DNA from: Nitrososphaerota archaeon
GTDB taxonomy: Archaea > Thermoproteota > Nitrososphaeria_A > Caldarchaeales > Calditenuaceae
NCBI GenBank assembly: GCA_033581555.1
Contig: JAVQSZ010000010.1
Coordinates: 1-43,089, forward strand
Direction: 5' to 3'
Length of the DNA stretch: 43,089 nucleotides
Position numbers and translations under genes: made by a program. Shown here piece after piece: positions 27,462 through 36,498 of this stretch. Every line of letters starts with the position of its first letter. Within the stretch, counting starts at the first letter, position 1. The notes beneath the pieces were generated by a model. That model saw only the letters and a program-made list of their open reading frames with translations, did not search any database and was not told where the DNA came from.

Positions 27462-28763
27462 TCACGAGCCGCGCCTGCAGAGTGCTGCCGCGTGGAACTT
27501 CAGGCCCTCCGCGACGGGCAGAGCTCCGACCAGCTCACCGGCCCTCAGGACCACCCGCCCGCTCCCGACGACGACGTTCACGACCCTGATGAAGTCCAGG
27601 ACGGAGAGCGTGCTCCTCGAGGAGGCCCAGCCCCCGGTCGGGAGGACGTGGGAGGCGCCCGCGAAGTAGTCGACCGCGACGCTCGACATACCCTTACCGA
27701 CCGTGACGACGCCCGCGTTGGCGACCTTCCCCGCCAAACCCTTCAGTCCGTTGGACGCGATCGAGACGTGCTCAGGCGAGAGCGCGTTGACGAACCTGAC
27801 CGCGGACTCCCAGCTCCCCGCGACCAATACCGGGCCGGTCCTCTCGAGGCTCGACCTCGACGCGCTTTCGGCCGGAAGCCCAGCCACGAGATCCCGGAGT
27901 CTCTTCACCAGCTCCCCGGCGGCCCTCCTCTCGGTCGTCACTGCGAGGACCAGCGTGTCCGGCGAGTGCTCCGCCTGCGCCAGCATGTCCAGCGCCACCG
28001 ACTCGAGGTCGGACTTCGAATCAAACATGACGACGAGCTCTGTCGGTCCAGCAGCGAAGTCTATTGAGGCCTCAGACTGTAGAAGGAGCTTCGCGGCCAC
28101 GACGTACCTGCTCCCCGGCCCGACGACCTTCCTGACTGGTTCGACGGATCTGGTCCCGTAGACGAGAGCCGCGATCGCCTGGGCACCGCCTGACCAGAGG
28201 ACCGCGTCGAACCCCGCTACGTGAGCTGCCGCGAGGACTTCCCTCCGCCTCCTCTCGTCCCGCTGGGGCGGCGTCGCCAAGACCCTCCTCCTCACCCCCG
28301 CGACTGAGGCCGGCACGCCCATCATCGCGACCGTGCTGAGGTAAACGGCCCTCCCACCGGGAGCGTAGCAACCGACCGAGTCGAGGGGCCTCGCCTCCGA
28401 CCTGATCACCGTCCCCTCCGGGTACCTCAGGGAGAACCTAACCCTCCTGAGCCTCTCCCGCTCGAGCCTCGCGATCCTGCCAGAGAGGACCTTCAGCGCC
28501 CTAAGGAGCTCGCCGTCAACCGCCTCGACCGCCTCCTCCATCTCCTCCTTCCCCGAGACGAGCTCGGAGGCCCTGAGCCGGACGCCGTCGTACATCGACG
28601 CCAACTCAACCAACGCGTCGTCGCCCCTCGCCCTAACCTCCTCGATGATCTCCCTCACCCTCTCGAGGACCTCCCGGTCGACCGCCGGCGCGGCCCTCCT
28701 CAACTCACGGGCGACCCGCTCCTCCTCGCCCTCCTTCAGCTCCGAGACCCTGAGCCCGATCAA
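27462..28763 (-). CDS. hisD: Histidinol dehydrogenase
   Basis: RGDDAL, VGCYAPGG, GGAQAIAAL, VGPG, AGPTE, AQAEH, PEH, HVLPT. Confidence 0.95.
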   Translation of the reverse strand: MIGLRVSELKEGEEERVARELRRAAPAVDREVLERVREIIEEVRARGDDALVELASMYDGVRLRASELVSGKEEMEEAVEAVDGELLRALKVLSGRIARLERERLRRVRFSLRYPEGTVIRSEARPLDSVGCYAPGGRAVYLSTVAMMGVPASVAGVRRRVLATPPQRDERRRREVLAAAHVAGFDAVLWSGGAQAIAALVYGTRSVEPVRKVVGPGSRYVVAAKLLLQSEASIDFAAGPTELVVMFDSKSDLESVALDMLAQAEHSPDTLVLAVTTERRAAGELVKRLRDLVAGLPAESASRSSLERTGPVLVAGSWESAVRFVNALSPEHVSIASNGLKGLAGKVANAGVVTVGKGMSSVAVDYFAGASHVLPTGGWASSRSTLSVLDFIRVVNVVVGSGRVVLRAGELVGALPVAEGLKFHAAALCRRGS

Positions 28764-28850
28764 CCGCCGACGGCGTTGGGACCCGCGGCCGAGACGTAAA
28801 CCTTAGCCGGGGTCGGCTAGATGCCACGTACTTTCATTTAGCGGGGTCGC

Positions 28851-30155
28851 GTGGGGTCGCTCGGCTTGAGGAGGACGGTCAGGGAGGTCGAGTCGGCGCG
28901 GGACGGCGAGCAGGTCGAGCTCTGGGGCTGGATCTGGAACAAGAGGGAGCACGGGAAGCTGGTCTTCGTCGACCTCAGGGACGGCACCGGGGTCATCCAG
29001 GTCGCCGCGAAGGCGGGCTTCACCGACCCGACGAGCCTCGAGCTGCTGAGGTCCCTCAACAGGGAGTCCTCGGTCAAGGTCTTCGGGAGCGTGGCGAGGG
29101 ACCCCAGGGCCCCGAGGGGCGTCGAGGTCAGGTGCGTCAGGGCCGAGCTGATCTCTCCCTCCCTGGACGACTTCCCGGTGAGGAAGGGGATGGGCGCGAA
29201 GGCCCTCTACGACCACAGGCACCTCCACATCAGGAGCCCGAAGCTCTCGGCGCTGATGAGGGTCAGGTCGAACCTGATCTGGGCGGTCCACGAGTTCTTC
29301 AGGAGCAGGGGCTTCGTCGAGGTCGACTGCCCCACCTTCATCACCGCCGCGGTCGAGGGGGGCGCGACGCTCTTCGAGGTGAACTACTTCGGGAGGAAGG
29401 CGTACCTGACCCAGAGCGTCCAGTTCTACCAGGAGGCGGCGATATTCGGGCTCGAGAAGGTCTACAGCGTCCAGCCGAGCTTCAGGGCGGAACTGAGCAG
29501 GACGCCGAGGCACCTGACCGAGTTCTGGCACGTCGAGGGCGAGATGGCCTTCTGCGACCTGGAGGGGTTGATGAAAACCATCGAGGACCTGGTGAGGTAC
29601 GTGGTCCTGAGGACCGAGGAGCTCTCGAGGAGGGAGCTGGAGGTCCTGGGGAGGAGGGTCAGGACCGAGGAGGTCGAGGGCGAGTTCTACAGGATCAGGT
29701 ACTCGGAGGCCCTGGATGCCCTCAGGAGGTCGGGGTGGGAGCTCGAGTGGGGCTCGGACTTCGGCGCTGACGAGGAGAGGGTCATCAGCTCCCAGTTCGA
29801 CAGGCCGGTCTTCGTCACACACTACCCTAAGGAGGCGAAGGCCTTCTACCACAAGCCCGACCCCAGCGACCCGAGGGTCACCCTCAGCACCGACCTCCTC
29901 GCGCCGAGGGGGAACGGCGAGATCGTCGGGGCAGGGGTCCGGACCGACGACTACGAGCAGCTGCTGGGGAGGATCAGGGAGGCGGGGCTGAACCCCGATG
30001 ACTACAGGTGGTACCTCGACCTGAGGAAGTACGGCTCGGTCCCCCACGCGGGGTTCGGGATGGGCGTCGAGAGGGTGCTGAAGTGGGTCCTCGACCTCCC
30101 CCACGTGAGGACCGCCTCGCTCTTCCCCAGGACGCCGACCAGGCTCTACCCATGA
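28851..30155 (+). CDS. asnS: Asparagine--tRNA ligase
   Basis: OB-fold FVDLRDGTG; VEGGATLF; SFRAE.SRT.RHLTEFWH; DLRKYGSVPHAGFGMGVER (archaeal AsnRS-type rather than AspRS). Confidence 0.88.
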   Translation: MGSLGLRRTVREVESARDGEQVELWGWIWNKREHGKLVFVDLRDGTGVIQVAAKAGFTDPTSLELLRSLNRESSVKVFGSVARDPRAPRGVEVRCVRAELISPSLDDFPVRKGMGAKALYDHRHLHIRSPKLSALMRVRSNLIWAVHEFFRSRGFVEVDCPTFITAAVEGGATLFEVNYFGRKAYLTQSVQFYQEAAIFGLEKVYSVQPSFRAELSRTPRHLTEFWHVEGEMAFCDLEGLMKTIEDLVRYVVLRTEELSRRELEVLGRRVRTEEVEGEFYRIRYSEALDALRRSGWELEWGSDFGADEERVISSQFDRPVFVTHYPKEAKAFYHKPDPSDPRVTLSTDLLAPRGNGEIVGAGVRTDDYEQLLGRIREAGLNPDDYRWYLDLRKYGSVPHAGFGMGVERVLKWVLDLPHVRTASLFPRTPTRLYP

Positions 30156-30266
30156 AGTCCACGCGCCACCCCGTAGCTCTGAGGTCTGACCGCGATATCG
30201 CCCGGGACCTACCCTGTGCGGGAGTCGGTCCACGAAGCCTTAATACTCGTGGAGAGAATCTAGTAC

Positions 30267-31904
30267 GTGCCGAAGTACGTCTTCGTCACCGGCGGCGTCA
30301 TCAGCTCCGTCGGGAAGGGCACGATAGCCGCTTCGATCGGGAAGATGCTCTCCGTCAGGGGCGTGAACGTCGACTTCCTGAAGATCGACCCCTACGTCAA
30401 CGTCGACGCCGGAACGATGAACCCCTATGCCCACGGGGAGGTCTACGTCACTCACGACGGCGGTGAGACCGACCTCGACCTCGGGTGGTACGAGAGGTTC
30501 CTCGGGACGCCGATGAGCAGGCTGAACAACCTCACGACCGGACAGGTCTACCTCGAGGTCATCTCGAGGGAGAGGCGCGGCGAGTACCTCGGCCAGTGCG
30601 TCCAGATAATCCCGCACGTGACCGACGAGATCAAGCGAAGGATCAGGGCGGTCGCGGCGAGGAGGAACGCGGACGTCGTGATCGTCGAGATAGGAGGGAC
30701 CGTCGGGGACATCGAGGGCCTGCCCTTCTACGAGGCCGCGAGGCAGATGAGGCTGGAGGAGGAGACGCTCTTCGTCCACGTCGCGCTGGTCATCTACCAC
30801 GAGTCGACGAGGGAGCTGAAGACGAAGGCCTTCCAGCACTCCCTCCAGGAGCTGAGGAGGATCGGGATACAACCCGACGTGATAGTCGCCAGGAGCCCGA
30901 CGATGATCACCCCCGAGGTCAGGAGGAAGCTCGCGCTCTTCGGGACCCTTCCGATCGATGCGGTCTTCTGCTCCTACAACGTCCAGCCGGTCTACAGGCT
31001 GCCGCTGGTGCTGGAGGAGCAGGGGCTCGGCGACTACATCGCGAGGAAACTGGGACTCCCCAACTCCCCGAACTGGTCCGGGTGGAGGAGGGTGATCGAG
31101 CTGTACGACAGGGCCAGCGCGCCGGTCAGGATCGCGATCTGCGGGAAGTACGCCAAGCTCGAGGACTCCTATGTCAGCATCAAGGAGGCGATATGGCACG
31201 CTGCCGTGGCCCTCGGAGCGAGGCCGAGGATCGAGTTCGTCGATACCGAGGAGTTCGAGAACGACCCGTCCCGCGTCGAGATGCTGCGGGACTTCGACGG
31301 GATAATCGTCGCTCCAGGCTTCGGGAGGAGGGGCACGGAGGGGAAGGTGATGGCGGTGCGCTACGCGAGGACCAAGGGCATACCGATGCTCGGGATCTGC
31401 TTCGGGATGCAGCTGGCGGTCGTGGAGTTCGCGAGGGACGTCCTGGGGCTCGAGGGCGCCAACTCGACGGAGATCGCCCCGGAGACGCCGCACCCGGTGA
31501 TCGACCTGCTCCCGGAGCAGAAGGGGCTGAAGGAGCTGGGAGGGACGATGAGGCTCGGCGAGTCGGAGGTTGTCCTGGTAGAGGGGACGCTGGCCCACAG
31601 GCTCTACGGGACCAAGACCGTCAGGAGGAGGCACAGGCACAGGTACGAGGTCAACCCGGAGTACTGGGACGCCCTCAGGTCCGCCGGGATGGTCTTCTCT
31701 GGAACGACGCCCGACGGGAGCAGGGTCGAGGCGATCGAGCTGCCAGACCACCCGTTCTTCCTCGCGGTCCAGTACCACCCGGAGTTCTCCTCGACTGCCG
31801 AGCGGCCTGAGGAGGCCTTCCTCGGACTGATCGAGGCGGCCCTCAAGAGGTCCGCGGAGAGGGCCAAGGGCCTGACGGTCAGCGCCGGCTACAGGTCGGC
31901 GTAG
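30267..31904 (+). CDS. pyrG: CTP synthase
   Basis: KYVFVTGGVISSVGKG, KIDPY.NVDAGTM, GGTVGDIE, GICFGMQ, RHRHRYE, QYHPEF. Confidence 0.98.
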   Translation: MPKYVFVTGGVISSVGKGTIAASIGKMLSVRGVNVDFLKIDPYVNVDAGTMNPYAHGEVYVTHDGGETDLDLGWYERFLGTPMSRLNNLTTGQVYLEVISRERRGEYLGQCVQIIPHVTDEIKRRIRAVAARRNADVVIVEIGGTVGDIEGLPFYEAARQMRLEEETLFVHVALVIYHESTRELKTKAFQHSLQELRRIGIQPDVIVARSPTMITPEVRRKLALFGTLPIDAVFCSYNVQPVYRLPLVLEEQGLGDYIARKLGLPNSPNWSGWRRVIELYDRASAPVRIAICGKYAKLEDSYVSIKEAIWHAAVALGARPRIEFVDTEEFENDPSRVEMLRDFDGIIVAPGFGRRGTEGKVMAVRYARTKGIPMLGICFGMQLAVVEFARDVLGLEGANSTEIAPETPHPVIDLLPEQKGLKELGGTMRLGESEVVLVEGTLAHRLYGTKTVRRRHRHRYEVNPEYWDALRSAGMVFSGTTPDGSRVEAIELPDHPFFLAVQYHPEFSSTAERPEEAFLGLIEAALKRSAERAKGLTVSAGYRSA

Positions 31905-32212
31905 ACCTGGTCGCCCTCGACCCTGACGGGGAAGGTCTTCAGCGGCCTGATCGAGCTCGGGGGCTCGCCGCTCGGGCCCTCGACGACCGAGCCGTCGTAG
32001 AGCTCGAAGACCGCCTGGTGGAGCGGGCACTTCACCCTCGTGCCCTCGAGTATCCCGAGGGTCAGGTCGGCCTTCTGGTGGGTGCACCAGGCCTCCGCGA
32101 CGTAGACCCGGTCGCCAACCAGGGCCACGAGGTACTCGCCCTCGTCGACGTCGGCCCTGATCACGCCCTTACGCCTCAGCGTCGGAAGGTCGCAGAGCCT
32201 CCTCCAGGTCAA
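31889..32212 (-). CDS. Rieske-type [2Fe-2S] ferredoxin
   Basis: CTH...CPLH Rieske motifs. Confidence 0.9.
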   Translation of the reverse strand: MTWRRLCDLPTLRRKGVIRADVDEGEYLVALVGDRVYVAEAWCTHQKADLTLGILEGTRVKCPLHQAVFELYDGSVVEGPSGEPPSSIRPLKTFPVRVEGDQVYADL

Positions 32213-32251
32213 CTCCAGGAGCGATGCGGTAGCCTCCTCAAAACCCTCTGC

Positions 32252-32839
32252 TCAGGACCTCCCCCTGATCATCTCCTCCGGCGTTCCCTTGGGCTCGAAT
32301 CCCTCGATCATCGAGAAGAGCTGCCTGACCCTCCTCGCGAACCTCACCCTGCCGTAGGGGAGCAGCGCGACGAGCCTTCTGACGGGTCCGGCGACGAGGA
32401 ACGCGCCGTAGGCCTTCCTGACACCCCTCTTCAGCTCCGAGATCAGCTCCCTGTCCTCGACGGTCCTGCTGAAGGTCCTCTGGTCAGGAGTCACGCCCTC
32501 GACGATCGCCGAGGTCGCTGAGAACGTGACGTTCATCACCGTGACCTCCGTGAGCTCGATCTCGCCCTGCTCCGAAGACCTCCTGATGCTGTCCACGACG
32601 TTCCTCGCGCCCCTCGTGGTCAGAGCCTCGTGGAACTCGCCCTCGACCGAGACGCCGACCTCGAGCCAGTCCGGGGGGTTCAGGACGTGGAACTCCGTCG
32701 CCTTCCCCTGCTGGTTCACGACCGATATCTTTACCGCCGGCAGCTCGCCGACCCTCCCCAGGGAGATGTCGCTGACTATGCCCCTGAAGGTCGCCTGCGC
32801 CGTCGACCTCTCCTCCCTCCTCAAGTCCCGGATCCGCAT
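32252..32839 (-). CDS. Hypothetical protein (beta-rich, possibly OB-fold-like)
   Basis: 195 aa with typical codon usage and TTTTAA upstream; no recognisable catalytic motif. Confidence 0.7.
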   Translation of the reverse strand: MRIRDLRREERSTAQATFRGIVSDISLGRVGELPAVKISVVNQQGKATEFHVLNPPDWLEVGVSVEGEFHEALTTRGARNVVDSIRRSSEQGEIELTEVTVMNVTFSATSAIVEGVTPDQRTFSRTVEDRELISELKRGVRKAYGAFLVAGPVRRLVALLPYGRVRFARRVRQLFSMIEGFEPKGTPEEMIRGRS

Positions 32840-32961
32840 TCACTCCCTCTCAGGCGTTAAAAACCGTTTAGAGCGTCCGGGGGCCCAGCTTCTCCGAGGG
32901 GCCCGGTCAGAGGGCACCGTTAATACCGCGGGCGTTGCAGTCCTCTGCGCGGTGGAGTGGG

Positions 32962-33891
32962 TTGACCTCGAAGGTCCTGGCCGTGGCCTTCGGCGCCGAC
33001 GAGGTCCCGGAGCTCCTGACCGCTGCGAGGCAGTACGGCGAAGTTGTAGCGCTGACGGGTCCCCAAGTCGACGTGGATCTGCTCAAGAGGTTCGGAGCCA
33101 CCGCTGCCTTCGTCGCGAGGGAAGGGCTCAGGGACCCCAGGCTCGCGAGCCACGCGATCAGGAGGGCCTGCGGGGATCTCAGGCCGGACCTGGTAGTCGG
33201 CATCTCCACGAAGAACTCGAGGGAGGCCTTCGCCAGGGCCTCGCACTCCCTCGGAGCTCCGCTCCTCACCGACTGCCTTGACCTGACGGTCGAGGGCGAC
33301 GTGGTCAAGGCCAGCAGGCTGGTGCTCGGGGGCGGGTACGTCGCGACGCTGGAGGCCTCGGGTTCGCCGGTCTTCGCGACTCTGATGCCCGGCAGGGTGA
33401 CGCCCTCGGAGTCTCCGTCGCAGGCCGAGCTGAAGGTCGTCGAGGTGGCCGCTGAGGGCCCCGCGAACGGCTCGGTGAAGGAGGTGAGGCCGGTGGAGAG
33501 GAGCGCGGTCGACCTCTCGAAGGCCGAGTACATCGTCGCTGTCGGGAGGGGTTTCAAGAGGAAGGAGGACCTGAGGCTCGCGGAGGAGCTCGCGAGGGTC
33601 CTCGGGGCCGAGGTCGGTTGCAGCAGGCCCATCGCCGGGGACTTGAAGTGGATGCCGGAGGACAGGCACATCGGCCTCTCAGGGAAGTGGGTCAGCCCGA
33701 GGCTTTACTTCGCGGTCGGGATATCGGGCCAGATGCAGCACGTGGTCGGCATCAGGAGGTCCAGGGTGATAGTCGCGATCAACAACGACCCCAGCGCGCC
33801 CATCCACAAGGAGGCCGACTACTCGGTCGTCGCGGACCTCTACCAGTTCCTGCCGGTCTTGACGGAGAAGCTGAAGGAGGCCAAGAGGTGA
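32962..33891 (+). CDS. etfA: Electron transfer flavoprotein subunit alpha (FixB family)
   Basis: DLSKAEYIVAVGRG, GCSRP, IGLSG, GISG..QH, IVAINNDP.API. Confidence 0.92.
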   Translation: MTSKVLAVAFGADEVPELLTAARQYGEVVALTGPQVDVDLLKRFGATAAFVAREGLRDPRLASHAIRRACGDLRPDLVVGISTKNSREAFARASHSLGAPLLTDCLDLTVEGDVVKASRLVLGGGYVATLEASGSPVFATLMPGRVTPSESPSQAELKVVEVAAEGPANGSVKEVRPVERSAVDLSKAEYIVAVGRGFKRKEDLRLAEELARVLGAEVGCSRPIAGDLKWMPEDRHIGLSGKWVSPRLYFAVGISGQMQHVVGIRRSRVIVAINNDPSAPIHKEADYSVVADLYQFLPVLTEKLKEAKR

Positions 33892-34739
33892 CCGGTCAGG
33901 GCCCTGCCCGGAAGAGGGTCGCCTTTCAGGGCGAGCTCGGGTCCTACAGCGACGAGGCCGCCTCTAGGTTCTTCGGCGAGGACTTCGAGCCCCTGCCCCA
34001 GAGGACGCTGGCCGCGGTCTTCAACGCGGTCGAGTCCCACAGGGCCGACGCCGGGGTCGTGCCGGTGGAGAACAGCATCGAGGGGAGCGTCGGAGAGGCC
34101 TACGACCTCCTCCTCTCGACGGGGCTCAGGGTGGTCGGGGAGGTCTACGTCAGGGTGGTTCACTGCCTCGTCGGACTCCAGGAGTCGGACCTCTCTACTG
34201 TGAGGAGGGTCTACTCGCACCCGCAGGCCCTCGGCCAGTGCAGGGCGTGGATATCCGTGATGGGCTACGAGCCGATAGGGTTCTACGACACCGCCGGCGC
34301 TGCGAGGTTCGTGAAGGAGTCCGGCGATCCCACCTGTGCGGCGATAGCCAGTGAGAGGGCCGCGAGGATCTACGGCCTCAGGGTGCTCGCGAGGGGCATC
34401 GAGGACTACGGCAGGAACTACACGAGGTTCCTCGTGATAGGCAGGGACCCGCCCCAGCCCTCGAAGAGGACGAAGACGACCGTGATCTTCTCGGTGGCTC
34501 ACAGGCCCGGGTCGCTCTACAGGGCCCTCGGGCCCCTCGCGGAGCGGGGGATCAACCTGACGAAGATCGAGTCGCGCCCGACCAGGGCGAGGCCCTGGCA
34601 GTACCACTTCTTCGTGGACTTCGAGGGGAGCGTCGAGGAGGACAGGGTGAGGGAGGCGCTCTCGGAGCTCTCGAACCACACGCTCTTCCTGAAGGTCCTC
34701 GGGAGCTATCCGATGGCCCAGATTGAGGAGGTCGACTGA
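33888..34739 (+). CDS. pheA: Prephenate dehydratase
   Basis: AFQG..GSYS, PVENSIEG, SHPQALGQC, NYTRF, ACT domain with INLTKIESRP; GTG start overlaps the etfA stop. Confidence 0.95.
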   Translation: MTGQGPARKRVAFQGELGSYSDEAASRFFGEDFEPLPQRTLAAVFNAVESHRADAGVVPVENSIEGSVGEAYDLLLSTGLRVVGEVYVRVVHCLVGLQESDLSTVRRVYSHPQALGQCRAWISVMGYEPIGFYDTAGAARFVKESGDPTCAAIASERAARIYGLRVLARGIEDYGRNYTRFLVIGRDPPQPSKRTKTTVIFSVAHRPGSLYRALGPLAERGINLTKIESRPTRARPWQYHFFVDFEGSVEEDRVREALSELSNHTLFLKVLGSYPMAQIEEVD

Positions 34740-34741
34740 GC

Positions 34742-34973
34742 CCGCGCTCCCCGACGAGTGTCGGCATCTTCAGCGCCTAGGGGAGTTGGGCCAGGAACTT
34801 CGCGGCCTCAGGCGGCTCCGATGTGAGCGCCCTCTCCCTGAGCTCCCTCGGCGCCCTCTACCCTCGATCAGGGCCCCGATCAGGTCCTCCGGAGGCTCGA
34901 CCTCCTTCAGCTCGAGCTGCTCCCTCACCGTCGCGCAGGTCTTGCATCCCCTCCTGTAGTAGAAATTGAGCAT
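34742..34973 (-). pseudogene. Degraded ArsC/Spx (glutaredoxin-like) family gene
   Basis: MLNFYYRRGCKTC... continues across two frameshifts as RAPRELRERAL..EAAKFLAQLP / ALKMPTLV, resembling the ArsC/Spx C-terminus (..lLa.hP.lIKRP.lV). Confidence 0.55.
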
Positions 34974-34978
34974 CGGGC

Positions 34979-36022
34979 TCACTCGGGAGCTACCCGGAGC
35001 GGGACCCTCAGGCTCCTGTAATATTCCCTCAGCCACGGGAGGATCTCGCGTCCCAGCATGTTCAGGAACTTCCCCTCGTCGGGGGAGGAGCTGTGCATGT
35101 ATACCCTGTCGAACCCCAGCTTCATGAACTCCCCGAGGGCCTCGTAGATGTCGTCGGGGTCGCTGGTGATCAACCATGTCCTCTTGATCTTCTCCTCCTC
35201 TTCCTTCCCCACCATCGCCTCGAGCACCCTCGGGTCCCAGATCTTCTCCCTCTTCTCTCTGGGGATCGCGGTCGGGCCCCAGAACATCGCCGCCCTCAGG
35301 GCCCTGTCGTAGTCCAGGTCGAACGAGACCTTGAACTCCAGGCACTTCGAGAGCGTCGCCGGGTCCCTCCCCACGGACCTCGCGCCCTCCTCGAGCGCGC
35401 TGATGATCGAGTTGAAGTTCTCCATGCCCCTCGGGTTGGTGAGGATCCCGTCGCTGAGCATCCCGGCTATCTTGGCCACGCCCTCGTTCGAGGTCGCGAC
35501 GAAGAGCTTGATCCTCCCCCTCGGCTTCGTGTAGAGCTTCGCGGTGTTGAGCTGGTAGTACTTGCCCTCGTAGGTTACGAAGTCGCCCTCCCAGAGGAGC
35601 TTGATCACCTCGATCGCCTCCCTGAGCCTCTCGACCTTCTCCTTGTACCCAGGCCACTTGAAGCCGAGCGGGACCTCGTTCATCGCGTGTCCCGTCCCCA
35701 CGGTCAAGGAGATCCTGTTCGGGTAGAGGTAGTCGAGGGTCGCGAAGGCCTGCGCGACTATCGCTGGGTGGTACCTGAAGAGCGGCGTCGTCACAGCTGT
35801 CCCGACCTCGACGTCCCTGAAGCGCTCCGCGATCGCGGTCAGGACGATCCACGGGTGCGGCGACTGGCCTCCGGTGTCCCTCCAAGGGTGGAAGTGGTCG
35901 CTGAGGACCAGGACGTCGAACCCCGCTATCGTGGCGTGCGTCGCGAGCTCCAGCAGCTGCCTGGGGTCGTACTGCTCGGTCGCTAGCCAGTACCCTAGCT
36001 TCAGCGTCCTGTTCTCGGCCAA
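34979..36022 (-). CDS. F420-dependent LLM-class oxidoreductase (G6PDH-like family)
   Basis: EQY.P, GFD...SDHFHPW, GTAVT.P..RYHPA.VAQAFATL, GTG.AMNE; TTG start at 36022. Confidence 0.88.
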   Translation of the reverse strand: MAENRTLKLGYWLATEQYDPRQLLELATHATIAGFDVLVLSDHFHPWRDTGGQSPHPWIVLTAIAERFRDVEVGTAVTTPLFRYHPAIVAQAFATLDYLYPNRISLTVGTGHAMNEVPLGFKWPGYKEKVERLREAIEVIKLLWEGDFVTYEGKYYQLNTAKLYTKPRGRIKLFVATSNEGVAKIAGMLSDGILTNPRGMENFNSIISALEEGARSVGRDPATLSKCLEFKVSFDLDYDRALRAAMFWGPTAIPREKREKIWDPRVLEAMVGKEEEEKIKRTWLITSDPDDIYEALGEFMKLGFDRVYMHSSSPDEGKFLNMLGREILPWLREYYRSLRVPLRVAPE

Positions 36023-36132
36023 AGTCCTCTTCGGCCTGAATTCGCCGCGAGCCTGTAATAAGGTTAAACGCTGTCGGATTGGATGTGCAGACTCGGTGAA
36101 CGGGAGAACGCCGTCGCAGGGGCTATTGAACT

Positions 36133-36353
36133 CGTATAGTGATGGTTGGTGAGCCTGAAGGGACTCCGTGAGGTCTGAGCGATTCGTCGTCACATAAGCG
36201 CTCCCATCAGGGTTAACTTGTGCCCTTGTGAGTTTCGAGAGGCAGGTAAGGCTGAGGACGCCGCTGGCGGAGGAGGCTTTGACGGTCGGCGTCGCGATCA
36301 GGGACGGGCTTGGGCTGTTGAAGAGATCGGAGCGTCTTGAACCGGGGCCCTGA
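36133..36353 (+). pseudogene. Possible remnant of a minimal nucleotidyltransferase (MNT) gene
   Basis: RIVMVG.PEGTP*GLSD resembles GS..RG.....SD. SFERQVRLRTPLAEEALTVGVAIRDGLGL (36228-36353) resembles the MNT C-terminus. Confidence 0.3.
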
Positions 36354-36460
36354 CTTGGACCGAGTTCCGCCCCCAAGGCCCATGGCACGAGGTCTCTGTC
36401 CGAGGCCCTCGGTATTTTTAAACTGAGGGGGAGCAGGAGCGGCCCGAAAACTTTTGACGA

Positions 36461-36498
36461 ACTAATGAGGTCATTAGTAATGTAATGGGGTCATTAGT
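36461..36498. promoter_or_regulatory. Tandem palindromic operator overlapping the ATPase start
   Basis: Perfect ACTAATGA-GG-TCATTAGT at 36461-36478; second copy TGTAATGGGGTCATTAGT at 36481-36498 contains the ATG; BRE/TATA-like CGAAAACTTTT immediately upstream. Confidence 0.7.

Noticed and set aside
28803-32087. Very long antisense and alternate-frame ORFs (e.g. 28803-30233, 30240-32087, also 22092-23663 and 15469-16629)
   Set aside because: Shadows of high-GC codon bias over asnS, pyrG and other clear genes; Arg/Pro/Gly-rich with no motifs
36139-36178. C/D-box sRNA candidate (GTGATGG...CTGA...CTGA)
   Set aside because: Guides are short and there is no credible C' box; the region is equally explained as a gene remnant. 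Not fully excluded.
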